Shown one piece after another: positions 11,601 to 22,600 of a stretch of 64,000 bases of DNA. Position 1 is the stretch's first letter. Every line of letters begins with the position of its first letter. Under the pieces are notes generated by a model, which was not told the DNA's origin, did no database searches, and was given only the letters and a program-made list of their open reading frames with translations. The translations under genes and the position numbers were made by a program. Source of the DNA: a virus. The stretch covers positions 27,275 through 91,274 of IMG/VR virus record IMGVR_UViG_3300032282_003280; one strand, given 5' to 3'.

Positions 11601-13676
11601 TAATTCAGCTCTTACTTTAGATATTACATCTTTATTTATCTTATAAAGAAGTTCAGTCTGCTCAAATAATTTCTCAAATGATTTCTTTGTTTGTATATAC
11701 CTAATAGCAGAGTAAAGCTGGTTTAGCTTTATATTGTTTAAATCCTTACGTTTATCAGTAGGATGCTTTATCATAAAGTCATACAACTTATAAAGTTGCT
11801 GCACTAACTTATCCACTTGTGGAATACCTGTACTTTCTTCTCTTGTAGAAACAGGCAGTAAGTAGTCATTAGTTTCTAAGTCTACATTAGCATTACCTAT
11901 TTGCAGAGCCTTAAGCATTCCATCACTAGGGCCTCCTATATAGTAGTTAGCTATTATAGGAATGGCTCTAGTATACCTAAATTTGTCATATTTATAAATG
12001 TCTGATAATATTCTCTTATACTGAGTTATTTGAGCAGACCATTGATCTCTTTTATACCAAGGAACATCATCTTGTTTTTCAAGATTAAGATTCATTGATT
12101 TCCAGTCAAGTATATCTATTCCTCCTGGAGAGGTTATATCCTCATCTACTTTATCCGGTAAAATAGCTAAGAAGTCTACACTTCCGGCCATACCTTTACC
12201 ACTTTTATAATTTGGGTCAAACAAAGACACCTCAGTAAGAACTCTGGTACCTAATGGGTAAGATTGTAACCTATCTATTATGTTATCCTCAAGTGACTTA
12301 TAAAATATCCAGTTGCCGGTATTTGGAGCACCAAGGTCAAAAGGTTTTATATTTATAGAACCATCATCATTTCTAAGAATAAAACCATCCTCATCAGTAC
12401 ACCTACTAATTATATTCTCTATATCAGAGTGTATAGCAGTACCACCCTTTGCCTCCATACTCTCATCAATATCCTTAGATATATCCTTTTTACCAAATGC
12501 TCTCACATTTGATTTTTTGGTTTCTTCAGTTACCCTATATTGTACTTTTTCACCCTTGTACTCATAATAGTTTAACCTTTCTCCTGTAGGAGATACTGTT
12601 ATTATGTGTTTTAGGTCTTTTTTAGTTTGGTTTATTTTATCAACTACCTCAGATTGACGAGGGTTAGATTGTTTCCACTCATCATTACTAAACTGAAAAT
12701 AAGCACCATCTGTCTTTATATCTTCTGCAGCCCCTTTAAACCTTCCGGATAATATTTGAGATGCAAACTCTTCAAATGGGTATTGTTCATTTGATATGAA
12801 TAAAGATTTTATCCAATCAATAACTCTATCCCACCAATTTTGAGCATATGCTATTTGATCAGAAGTATCTAGTAGATTTTCTACACTGGATTCTCCTTGA
12901 ATACCTTTCATTATATATTCAGCAACTACCTTACCTATAGCTTCATCCTTTAATTTAGCTATATCCAGTTTACCCTCAGCAGTCTGATATGCATCTTGAT
13001 ACCTCTTAGAGTTAAGCACCTCACGATAAAGAGCATAATTACCTATCTTATTAAACATTTGTTTATATAAGGTAGGATTAGTTTGTTTAACTATTTCTAC
13101 AGCAAAGTGAGCAGCCTCCTCAGGGAGAGCAAATTTTTCTCTTCCTTCAATTAGGTAAACTATCTTTTCTGTAATATCAGCTATGCCGGCCCAATCAGTT
13201 CTACCGGCTTGTTGAAGAGCTTCTTTTTTACTTAGAGTCTCTATATCTACACCAATTCTCTTAAGAAACTCTTTAACTATTTTTATAGTCTCAGGAGAAG
13301 CCATAGAAGCAGGTATTTCTTCTGCTACATTTAAGAAAACACTAGATGGAACAGATTCTCCAAACACATCTACCTGCTCAGGAGATTGTTTATAGAAGTT
13401 GTCAATATAAGAATTATAATATGAGTCAATCATTTCTTCCGGAGGTGTTATTTTTATAAACATCCCATCAGAATAGCTATTAACTAAAGCTACTTTATAA
13501 CTATACTTGTTATTTATAGAGTCAGCTTTGTCATTAGCAACCCTATATGCTTGTTTACTATCCCAAACTTTATAGGACAGAAACAAACCATCATCTTTCG
13601 GGGTAATTCTTTTTGTAGAAAATTCACCCTGATAGCTTTGTATTAACTCTTTTTTTATATCTAGTTTACACTTCAT
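8604..13676 (-). CDS. Large crAss-like cargo (ejected) protein with a degenerate zincin-like domain and a PD-(D/E)xK nuclease domain
   Basis: 1690 aa, adjacent to the virion RNAP; LPEEAAHF; GGTAIH...TEVSLFD...AGSVDFL...ILDWKS...QITQY. Confidence 0.75.
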   Translation of the reverse strand: MKCKLDIKKELIQSYQGEFSTKRITPKDDGLFLSYKVWDSKQAYRVANDKADSINNKYSYKVALVNSYSDGMFIKITPPEEMIDSYYNSYIDNFYKQSPEQVDVFGESVPSSVFLNVAEEIPASMASPETIKIVKEFLKRIGVDIETLSKKEALQQAGRTDWAGIADITEKIVYLIEGREKFALPEEAAHFAVEIVKQTNPTLYKQMFNKIGNYALYREVLNSKRYQDAYQTAEGKLDIAKLKDEAIGKVVAEYIMKGIQGESSVENLLDTSDQIAYAQNWWDRVIDWIKSLFISNEQYPFEEFASQILSGRFKGAAEDIKTDGAYFQFSNDEWKQSNPRQSEVVDKINQTKKDLKHIITVSPTGERLNYYEYKGEKVQYRVTEETKKSNVRAFGKKDISKDIDESMEAKGGTAIHSDIENIISRCTDEDGFILRNDDGSINIKPFDLGAPNTGNWIFYKSLEDNIIDRLQSYPLGTRVLTEVSLFDPNYKSGKGMAGSVDFLAILPDKVDEDITSPGGIDILDWKSMNLNLEKQDDVPWYKRDQWSAQITQYKRILSDIYKYDKFRYTRAIPIIANYYIGGPSDGMLKALQIGNANVDLETNDYLLPVSTREESTGIPQVDKLVQQLYKLYDFMIKHPTDKRKDLNNIKLNQLYSAIRYIQTKKSFEKLFEQTELLYKINKDVISKVRAELKKDISSEDAEKLSKELRESYDTLSIYAEMDSSLRGIFSDDMSPDEKELHDKIQSTSSEARYILSNIKELRTELADKEAKKRGILGILIPENVITGLKRGFGQFSTQASAALRLAYKITEETTEDIRFEKRRELDILEKMNETLKKYGKDLLTYIKKKGSYSLIDQYDPEFYKTIKEKIDEKDASWIYDNIDVAAFEKAMDEKRRNKEAEIRATYYPGDEQNQNTLRDRDLKFLYDETTLYNEKGDLIPYAWLQYKNVKNFPKTDWYSKEYKDLLSKPDVLEFYNYIRKWNDIAEETGYLHASLTRNFLPFLNKGLSEDFTFKNMVDSMTSSLFDSLTLDPGSKVDIHNPFTGERVDILPKYFTNPIENEGDISTDIVKNIAMYVAKVVEYKNKQSVQESLRNLQFVEKHKDILQTNQYGEVVRGAVHLSNANNKNLELLNMHIRTSIYNEKNADRTISDAVAKVSKEKYDKFRDKLKRTTGITFPEIDNKGLSLFKFLDSSTQFFRLKQLGLSLGTPVVQLIGGTAQGFINGGKWWTKSDFAKAEWKHATNFIYKNDDLHTALMKEMMPLDADLFEDINSLSQKGKLSKNSISDVLLKLLTKADHMVAYSNWAAFMDNTIIIDGKIQNAREYYRNSAEYRKIYNKSISEAERTAIRKGFDAKVKELIEKHSLISKASIDKNGNLKIDGIELNDPSFLKYKTLIRNVGQTLTGNLSKENSSVSRMNAIYRAGMVFKNWIPRNLEVRFGGLSYNEATESFEQGRIRDFYNILGDGIFDRIGNITKMLVGKGNVYDIIRANDKGLNLLDIQYEMYKERFFTKKGINPENLTPKQLEEAEKLFPSKEEFFDLLRQNIKNEVTELKMLIGLLVLFGLVGSMEPPDKEDRSARAFFNYNLRVMDRMQDELSFYYNPVTFENLFGSSAFPAIGILKDVGKATSQILQEGYGTAIGDDEIKDKAHPLKYVFRALPVFKEANNYIAFFSDDLAKEMDIQINPQSSTR

Positions 13677-13678
13677 TA

Positions 13679-16600
13679 TTAACCGCAGTTATTTTGGTTT
13701 GTAATATCAATTGTAGGACCTCCCGAAACACTTATTATAGTACCAAGATAGTTCTTTTTTAAATCATTTAAGGCAGCTTCGTTTATTCTATCTTCATATT
13801 GACCTATTGTTTCTGTACTTTCTTTCTTTATAGAATCATGATATGATTCATGAAGAAGAGCAAATGTAAACCATTCTTCAAATTTAGAAAATTGATTTTC
13901 ACTTATTGGAGTAGTTGTACTTCCATCTTTTTGAGTAGATGGTCTTGTCCACGCTTTCTCATTAAATTTAGACCTCATAACAGATTCTACTATAACTATT
14001 TTACCTTTATCGTTTAACATAGCTACAGGTTTATCTTTAGGGCTATTTATACCATCAACAAATAACAAAGGTTTTCCTCTAAATGTACCTTTAGCCTTTG
14101 CACTTTCTACAGTTATTAAAGGTCTAATATTAGGTTTTACCTCTTCTCCTATAGGTTGAGTAGGGGCTAAGTTCTTAATCTCATCTTCAGACTTTAATGT
14201 AAATTCAGGTAAAATTTCCAGAGCTTCTGCTTCAGTGTAACCAAGTCTAAGAAGATAAGGTAAATTTAAGGTTTGTCTTTGATACTTCTTACCATCTTTG
14301 AGAGTTATTATCTCAGGTTTCATAGTATATTTATCAGAAGATTTGATCATATTTACTACTTCCTCATCAGATAATTCTACTACTTTCTCTGTATTATTAT
14401 TAAAACTAGAAGGTTTTATGATATCTGAGTATTCATTTATACTAGTACCATCTCCTAAAAGGTTTATGGCCTTGTATAGGAATTGTTCTTCTCCTTTATA
14501 GTTTATTGTGATTAAAGGGGTACCATCAGTGTTGTATACTTTTTTATACCCATAAAAGTATTCTGTAGGAGAAAAACCTTCTTTCCTTGCCTTTTTTATC
14601 TCTTCGGTACTTAAAGACCTATTTGTTAAGATATCCTTTAATTTTCCGGTAAATTTATCTTTAGCCCAAGCTCTTATTTTTATTACAGGCTTTGAGGCAA
14701 ATTTAGCATCGTATGTTTTATTTAACTGAATAATTGATAGATCATTTACTTGCCTTTTATTACCATTTTCATCTGTTATAACCTTGGTAGTAAAGACAGG
14801 AATAGAAGCTCCTCTTGTCTCAGTTGCTGGAAAATAGGGAGGTAAATAATCAGGAATTATGTCATCATCTCTCCATTTTTGCCTTTGGAACATAGCTTGT
14901 GAGTTAAACTCCTCAAGATTAGGGATACTGTCTATTTGATTCATTATTTGAGCTAAGTTAGCAGCATAGTCCTCTAATGGTATAAGATTTGCAAAAGATA
15001 TAGGAGAAGTGTATATACCTTGAATTATAGCTGCTTTTACTATATCATTATATAAATCAAAAGTACGAATATCATCTCTTAATTCTCTCAAATATCCGGT
15101 AAATAAATCTTGAGAATAACCATCAGAACCAGCTTTTATAACTATACCTACTGCAGAACCCTCAACACCTGTATCATGTATTTTTATTAAATCCAGAAGA
15201 TAATTAGCAGGATAAAGTGATTTTGCTTGAAGAACTTTTTTAGCTACAGATTCCCTTCCAGACATTAAGTTAGAAACTTCGTTAGATAAACCTGCACCTA
15301 TTTGAGATAAGTAATCTATAAAAGATGTTGTTATCTTATCAGCTATATTTTGGAACTTATCAGCCTTTACAAATTTCTCAGAGTAAATCTTCTTAATTGG
15401 ATCTAGTATAGCAGAAATCCTGTTACTATTAAATTTAAAGTATTCAGATAGAGCCAAATCACTTTTTTCTAGATATTCAGCATCTGTTCCTACATAAGAA
15501 GAATCCATTAAATTATCTATAGAGGAGATAATATTACCTTTAGCTACTTCAGTCCTTAGTTGCTTCCTAAGAAGTGCATCAGAGCTTCTGAAATTTGTAG
15601 TATCATAAGTATAAGCCTGAGTAAAATCAAATAATTGTTCAGCCATAGCAAAGTACTTAAAGAACTCTTTAAGCATTTGTCTCTGTTGATACTTAAAATT
15701 ATTATCTAATGTAGACTTATATTTAGGATTATTATATCTTAATATATTTCCCTTAAGGACACCTTCATCAAATTTAGTAGGTTCTTTTACGTCAGGTCCA
15801 CTAAAGTTATTACCCTCAATAAAATTCATTACACCTTCTGAAAACTCTTGTTCATCTTTTACAAAATCCAATATTTGTTTTTCATTATTCTCTACCCACT
15901 CTACATATTGTTTTATGATAGGTTGGTTCATAAAGAATGCTACAGTGCTCATAGGAACACCTAATCTCTCTAAGAACATAAAGGTAGATACAACCTTATC
16001 AGAGTAAATAACATCAGTAATAAAAGGATCTTTTGCAACATCCACAAAGGCGTTAATGTACTGAGATAATTTATTTGATATATACTTACCTGCTTTATCC
16101 ATAACTCCGGATAAAGAAGGATAAACTTTACCTCCTATAGTAACTGTATTATGTGGGAGATTTATAATACCATTTCCAATATAGTGGTTTTGTCTACTAT
16201 CTAAATTTTCAGTCTTAGAAGGGTCTATGTAAATAGATGATTTTTGGAACACAGATGTACCGGTAATACCAACAGCACCTATACCAACCCACTTCTTAGC
16301 GGTCAAAAAAGCATACCTAAGATTAGACATGTATGACCTATCCAGAAGTTTATTCTTTATAGACTCCTCACTCTTCATCTCTAATTTATTAATCTCAGAA
16401 GCTAGTTCTTGTAGATCTGTAGAAGTATTTGGTTCAATTAACCTATTAAAGTTACCAGGTAATTGAAGTAATTCCTGCATAGCATCTATATACTCATTAT
16501 CTAAAGATTGATTATATAACTTATCAATTAACTTTTCTAGGTCTGCTTCTTCTTTAGAAGCTGGTTTTTCAACACTTAGGATATACCGAATAGCCAAAGC

Positions 16601-19600
16601 GTCAGTCTCAAACTTACCATCTAAAAACTCACGTAATTTTTCTTTTGCTTCGGTACCTACCCCGTAATAAGGTACAAGTTTTAAATCCTTTGTAAAAGGA
16701 TCTACATATACATTTTTAAGGTATGTATTTAGTTTATCTATATCAAAGTCAGAACCTGCTTTAGTAGTAATTTCAGATGGAACAACTACTGTATTACCCA
16801 TTTCAGGAGCCAAGAAACCTTTTACTTTAAATACCTCCATAGAGTTAAGACCCTGTGTAGGAATACGGAAACCTATACCAGTAAGAATGGATCTACCTTC
16901 TTCAGTCTTATTAAGATACTCTATTATCTCTTCATCTGTATTATCTTGGAATATATCTAATTTCTTTAATTTATCTGCAAACCAGTTAGGGAGATATACT
17001 TCACACCAAGGTTCATCCTTAGTATAAAACTTAAGGTCAGTAGATGTAAGAACTACTGTCTTCTTTTCCTCATCTGTAAGAGCTTCATAATCAGTTACTT
17101 TCTCCCATTTATCATCTTTTTTATACATAGCCTGGCGACCATTCTTCTCCCATAGGAGAGATGTTACTTGAACTAGGGCCTTACCACTCATTGATGGAGA
17201 TGTGATAGATTTATCAACAAATGACCAAATAATATCTCTTATTTTAATATAAGAAGAGTTTGCCTCAAATGGGATTACAAAATCACCAGTCTCCGGATTT
17301 ATGTTTATTGATTCTATTATATTATCAGACAAATCTCTCTTATACATCTCACTCTTGAGAGCATTTGCAAGTTTTTCAGAGTCCACAACCTGATACCTAG
17401 TAGTTCCTGGAAAATTACCAGGTACCTCAATAACACCTATTTTACTAAGTAAAGAGTAGTAACCATTCTTAATTTTCTCTTTCTTAATAGTCTCAAATCT
17501 TACTACAGCTTTATAATGAGGGCTCATTTTTTTCTTATCATCCTCAGATAAAGAGTCCCACTCAGATTTTGATAATTTTATATCTGTAGGTATACCCTTA
17601 TCAAATAAATCTATAGTAACAATTTTATTAGATTGAGAACCTTCAGTTTGTTTTTTATCTGAGTAAGAGTTTTCTACCTGAATACCCCAATGCTTCCACT
17701 GTAACTCTACTTTATTATTAAATGGATTAGTGTTAAACGAACCATCTTGGTTGTATAGATTATTTTCTTCTTCTATACCCTCTTTTCTTCCTGAAGGCAT
17801 TATAACATAATCTATCCCCTCTTTGAACATTTTAACAAAGAGTTTCTCAAGATTTGGGTACCCCTCTACTGCAGAGTAGATTAGAGGCATCTGAGACATC
17901 TTATCTATTACATTATCTATATAACTCTTACCAAACTTAGGGCCAGTATAAAGAGATTTCAATACCTCAAGTTTATACTCCGGTTTAGGTTTAGACAATG
18001 TTTTTTTATCAGTCTCTTTAAGATTCTCTGAAGAGTAGTTATACTCACCTTTTTTAGAGAGTTGACTACGAGTATATGCCATCTCCCATTGATACCAACT
18101 TTCAGCTTGTTTATTATCCCATTGGCCATTTTTTATTTTAGCCTGACGAAATGCTGTAAGCATTATAGTAGATGAACCATCAGCCTCTGTTACCTTAGAA
18201 TAATTCTCATTACCAGATAAAGCTAAAGAACCAAATATATCCTCACTATTATTTGCTATTGTAGTAACAATAGTAGTTATGTTAGGTTTAAACTGTGTAT
18301 AACCAGGGTCATTAGAAGAAAGCTCCACATTGCCGGCTTTGTTATACATGTTATTTAACATATTATCTACATTTGTAGATTGATGGGTAGTTTGTCTAGG
18401 AGATAAATAAGATTTTATCCTTTTTGTCTCATCTAATTTTCCATCTTTAATTTTGAATTGATAAGGGTCTCCAAAGAGAATCTTATGCATCTCAATATTA
18501 GCAATAATGTAATTTACATTAGAGAATGTAAGAATATTATCTACTTGTTTAGAACTGAGATTATATTTATCCTTTACTACTAAACCTTTGGAGTCATTAA
18601 ATATACTATCTAAAAGTAAAGGTATTGAGTATACATTATCCTCTACAGTCCTAATTTGATTAAGTTTAGTAAGTTCCTCTCTGGATTTTTTAACTTTCTC
18701 CTCTATGAAGAATTTTACAGAACTATTTATTTCTTCTGTATTTTCAGTTATAAAATCATTTGGGTTTTCTCCCTTAAGGATAATATCAGATAATTTTGTC
18801 TGCAGACCCTCTGGGAGAATATCCTTAAAGAAACGAAGCTCTTTAGCCTTAGATTTAACATTCTTATTATTATCACGAATACTATATTCCTGGGCTAGTG
18901 TAATTTCATCCTTTAAATAGTCTTGAAAGATAGTATATATTTTACTCCATGCTCCTTGAGGATTAGCAAATGAGTTTAGGGATACAAAATCGTATAAATC
19001 AATTGACCATTGTGTAGAGCTATCTGCCGGTATAAGTACATAATATGTACCTTGAGCATTAAGATTTATTTCCTCTAATTTAGCATTTGGTCTAGTTAAT
19101 CTAGCAGTGCTAGTACCCTTTCCGTTATCATCAAATCCTTGAGCATAAGAAACTTTTATATTTACGCCTTTTTTCTTATTTCCATCTTCATCCCAAAAAT
19201 ATCCATCTTTCTTTAGGATTAGAGAGTTAGTAGCAAAAGAATCATTCAGTTCAGGATATAGTGATTTTAATTCATCTAAGGTTTCTGCACTATTAAAATC
19301 AAACTCAAAAGAAGATACCCTATTTCCACCAGTATAGTTTTGAATTCTTTTATTCTCTACATTTAGAGATGTAACTTCCTGACCCTCAGCACTTGCTTTA
19401 AGTAAAAGTTTTGATATCTCAGAAACTGGTTCTGATATACCAATAGTTTGCCAAGATCTAATATTCTTAAAACTATCTTTGGTATTAGCATAAGACTTTA
19501 TCCTATTAGCTAAAGATATTAGATTAGTTTTTTCTTTATCAGATAAGTTATAAACAACATTAATTGGAAAATCTATTCCTAATTTATTAAGGAATTGAAC

Positions 19601-22600
19601 TGCTCCTGCAGGGTTATTAGGTATGGCAGTAGAAGTTATCTTAGGAGAGACTTTATATAAACCATTCTCTTTAAGTACAAAATCAGAAGTTTTGAATGCA
19701 TATAACCATTCTCTAACCTTTTGTTTTATAGCACTATTTTGGTCTGACTCATTTATCTTAATATCACCATCCATGTTTAACATAGTCCATGCTATAGGCT
19801 TCTGCTTTGAGAAAACATTATAAAACTGTAGTAGTAACCTTAAAGAATCAGAATTAAGGGATGATTCATTAATAGCACCTGTATTAAGATCTATCTTAAG
19901 ACGTGATGCAAGTCTTTCATAATCAGAATCCTCAGATGCTAATTCCTGAATACGCTTAGACATATCATTAATGTCTCTTATACCATTCAGTTTATCATAT
20001 AGTACAGCAAATACTTTATTTAGATAAACTAACTCCATACCAGTATCATTTTTAAATACTTTGGTAAGACCTAAATCATTTTTACCTAGCTTGGAATCAG
20101 TTTTAGGTAAAGACGCAAGTATTAACTTAACAGCATATGGGGAACTCTTCTTAACGTCTACAGTAAACGCTTCAGGAGAGTAATCATTTCTATTAGAGTT
20201 TTCAATATTTATATTAGCAGTAGAAGCCTCATCAAACTCAATATTAAATCTCTTAAGATATATCTTTACTCTATTCATAATTTCCGACCACTCATCATTA
20301 TCAAATGAGCTATAGTCATCTCTTATAGAGTTTAAAGTATCTTCAGATAATATATCCTCTGTATTAAATATTGATTTATCAGGATTGTCTACAATACCAG
20401 TTAATAGTTTTACTATAACATCTTGTATAAGATCATGAGTATCTTCTTGACTATACCCAGGTATAGCACTATATTCTAAAGCAGTTAAGTCTAAAGGTAA
20501 AACTGCTTCTTTGAAACCACCCTTACTTATTTTCTCGAATAAAGAGTTAGTCATACTCTTTTTGGAGAATACACTCTTAAACCAGTTTATTAACTTGTTA
20601 AAGAATCTTAAAACTTTTTCGGATAAAGAAGTTGCCGATAATTGCTTTAATCTATAATCAGCAAAATCATCCGCTAACTTCTCTTTTAGTTGAGCATCTG
20701 TAGCTTTTGAGTACTCAATAGTTTTTCCACGATAGTCCTTAAATAAACCAGATTTAACTCTTTGCTCATTAAGTATTTCTTGTTTTTGAGCTTCTGTTAG
20801 AAAGTACTTCCATACAGCTTCAAATGCTTCGTGATAACCGGTACCGGCTTTAGCATTTTTAAATATGTAAGTAATACCATTAGATAACATACCCCAAGCT
20901 TTTCCACCATCAGTAGTATCAATTAACTCATTAAGTTCTACCATTGGTATCTGAGGTAACTTCTCCTTCATGAAGTTAGCCAGGTCTGCATATTCTGCAG
21001 CACTCATACGAGGTACGTTGGCACTACCTACCCTACTATAATCTCTATTATCCTTTACTTTTCCTTTAGTGGTCTTTGTAACCTTATTCTCAGTTTGACC
21101 TAAATCATTTTGAGAAGGTTGAAGACTTTCAGTAATTGTACTTTCTAAATATATAATAGCAGAATCTACATCAGAAAACCCTCCACCTAATTGATCTTTT
21201 ATTGCAGCCATTAAGAATCTACCATCAGGGAGTTTCTTAAGATTCATTGTCTGTATGGTATTCTTCAAATTCTCCTGATAATTAGGATCTTCCATATCTA
21301 ATATGGCTCTACCCTCATCATCTATAGTATACTTAAACTCAATACCATCATCAAACTTAAATACACCCTCACCCACCAAAGGTTTTTCCTCTTCTATAGG
21401 AGCCTCTTCTACAATAACCTCTTCTTTTTTAGGAGATACTATCTCAGCATTAGAGAGTATTATATACTTCTGGTCAAAGTTATAGTCATTAGGAACACTA
21501 TCAGAAATAGCTCTTACTGATGTATAAAGAGGTATCTCATCTATAGCACGACCTTTATCAGATAATAAGAAATCTTGGTAGTTTTTCCACTCTTTTGTTT
21601 GGGGGTTACCCTTTTCATCTATATCCGTAATCTCATAGAATGAGTCATTAAAGTTATTATCAAGTGTGTATTTGTTTACTTGAAAATAAGCAGCATCTAA
21701 GAAAGATTTTATCTTTTCTTCACCCTCCTTAATACCTTCCTCAGTAAAGAATACTTTTTCTCCTTTATTACCTAATATTAACTCAAAGGTCTCCGGGTTT
21801 ACGTAAATTTGATTTACAGAAGTTTTTGGAGTATCATTCCAGAAAAGGATATTACTCAAGTAACTCATTATAGAAGGATCAAAATTATAATCCTTTGAGG
21901 TACTATTAGCTAACTTTAAGATAAGTTTGTATAGAACATCCTTCTCCCTATTTGTTAACTTTCTATTACGGAGAATATAGTTTGTATCTTCCCACTGAAA
22001 TACTGTTCTTCCTTTAGGTATAGATACAGTTCTACCTTGATGAACAATTTGCCCATCAGGTACAAATAATACTTTATTATTATTTATAACTTTCTCAGAA
22101 GCAAGAGATTTTGATGCAGGTACTCTCTCACGAACACCATTTACTTCTGCAGATGGTATCGCAAATCCGGCACTTAGATTGAATTGGAATTTATCAACTC
22201 CTTTAGCGTTGAATATATCCTCTCTTGTTTTCTTAAAGGATTCTTGAAGTTCAGGATTATTCTTTATTGCAAAAGTAGAAGACATGGTTCCATAAACCAA
22301 TAAAGTAGGGTCAGTCTTTTCTCCAACTTTTCCCACTCTTTTACCTTCTTGGTCAATAAAATAAGCACCATCTTTAGTATCCTCAACTGTAACTAAAGCT
22401 ATTATACCATCTTCAGGAGAAACCCATTTCTCTCTTGGGAAAGTTCCTGCAATATGTTCTATTGCACCATCAATTCCTATAAGACCTTCTTGGTTTAAGG
22501 TAAACCTTATTTGACGTAGGTTTTCTCTATTAGGTAGATTTTTTGCTATACTAGCAAAGTGGAGATACCTTCTTATATGAGAAGGTACATTAGTTAATAC

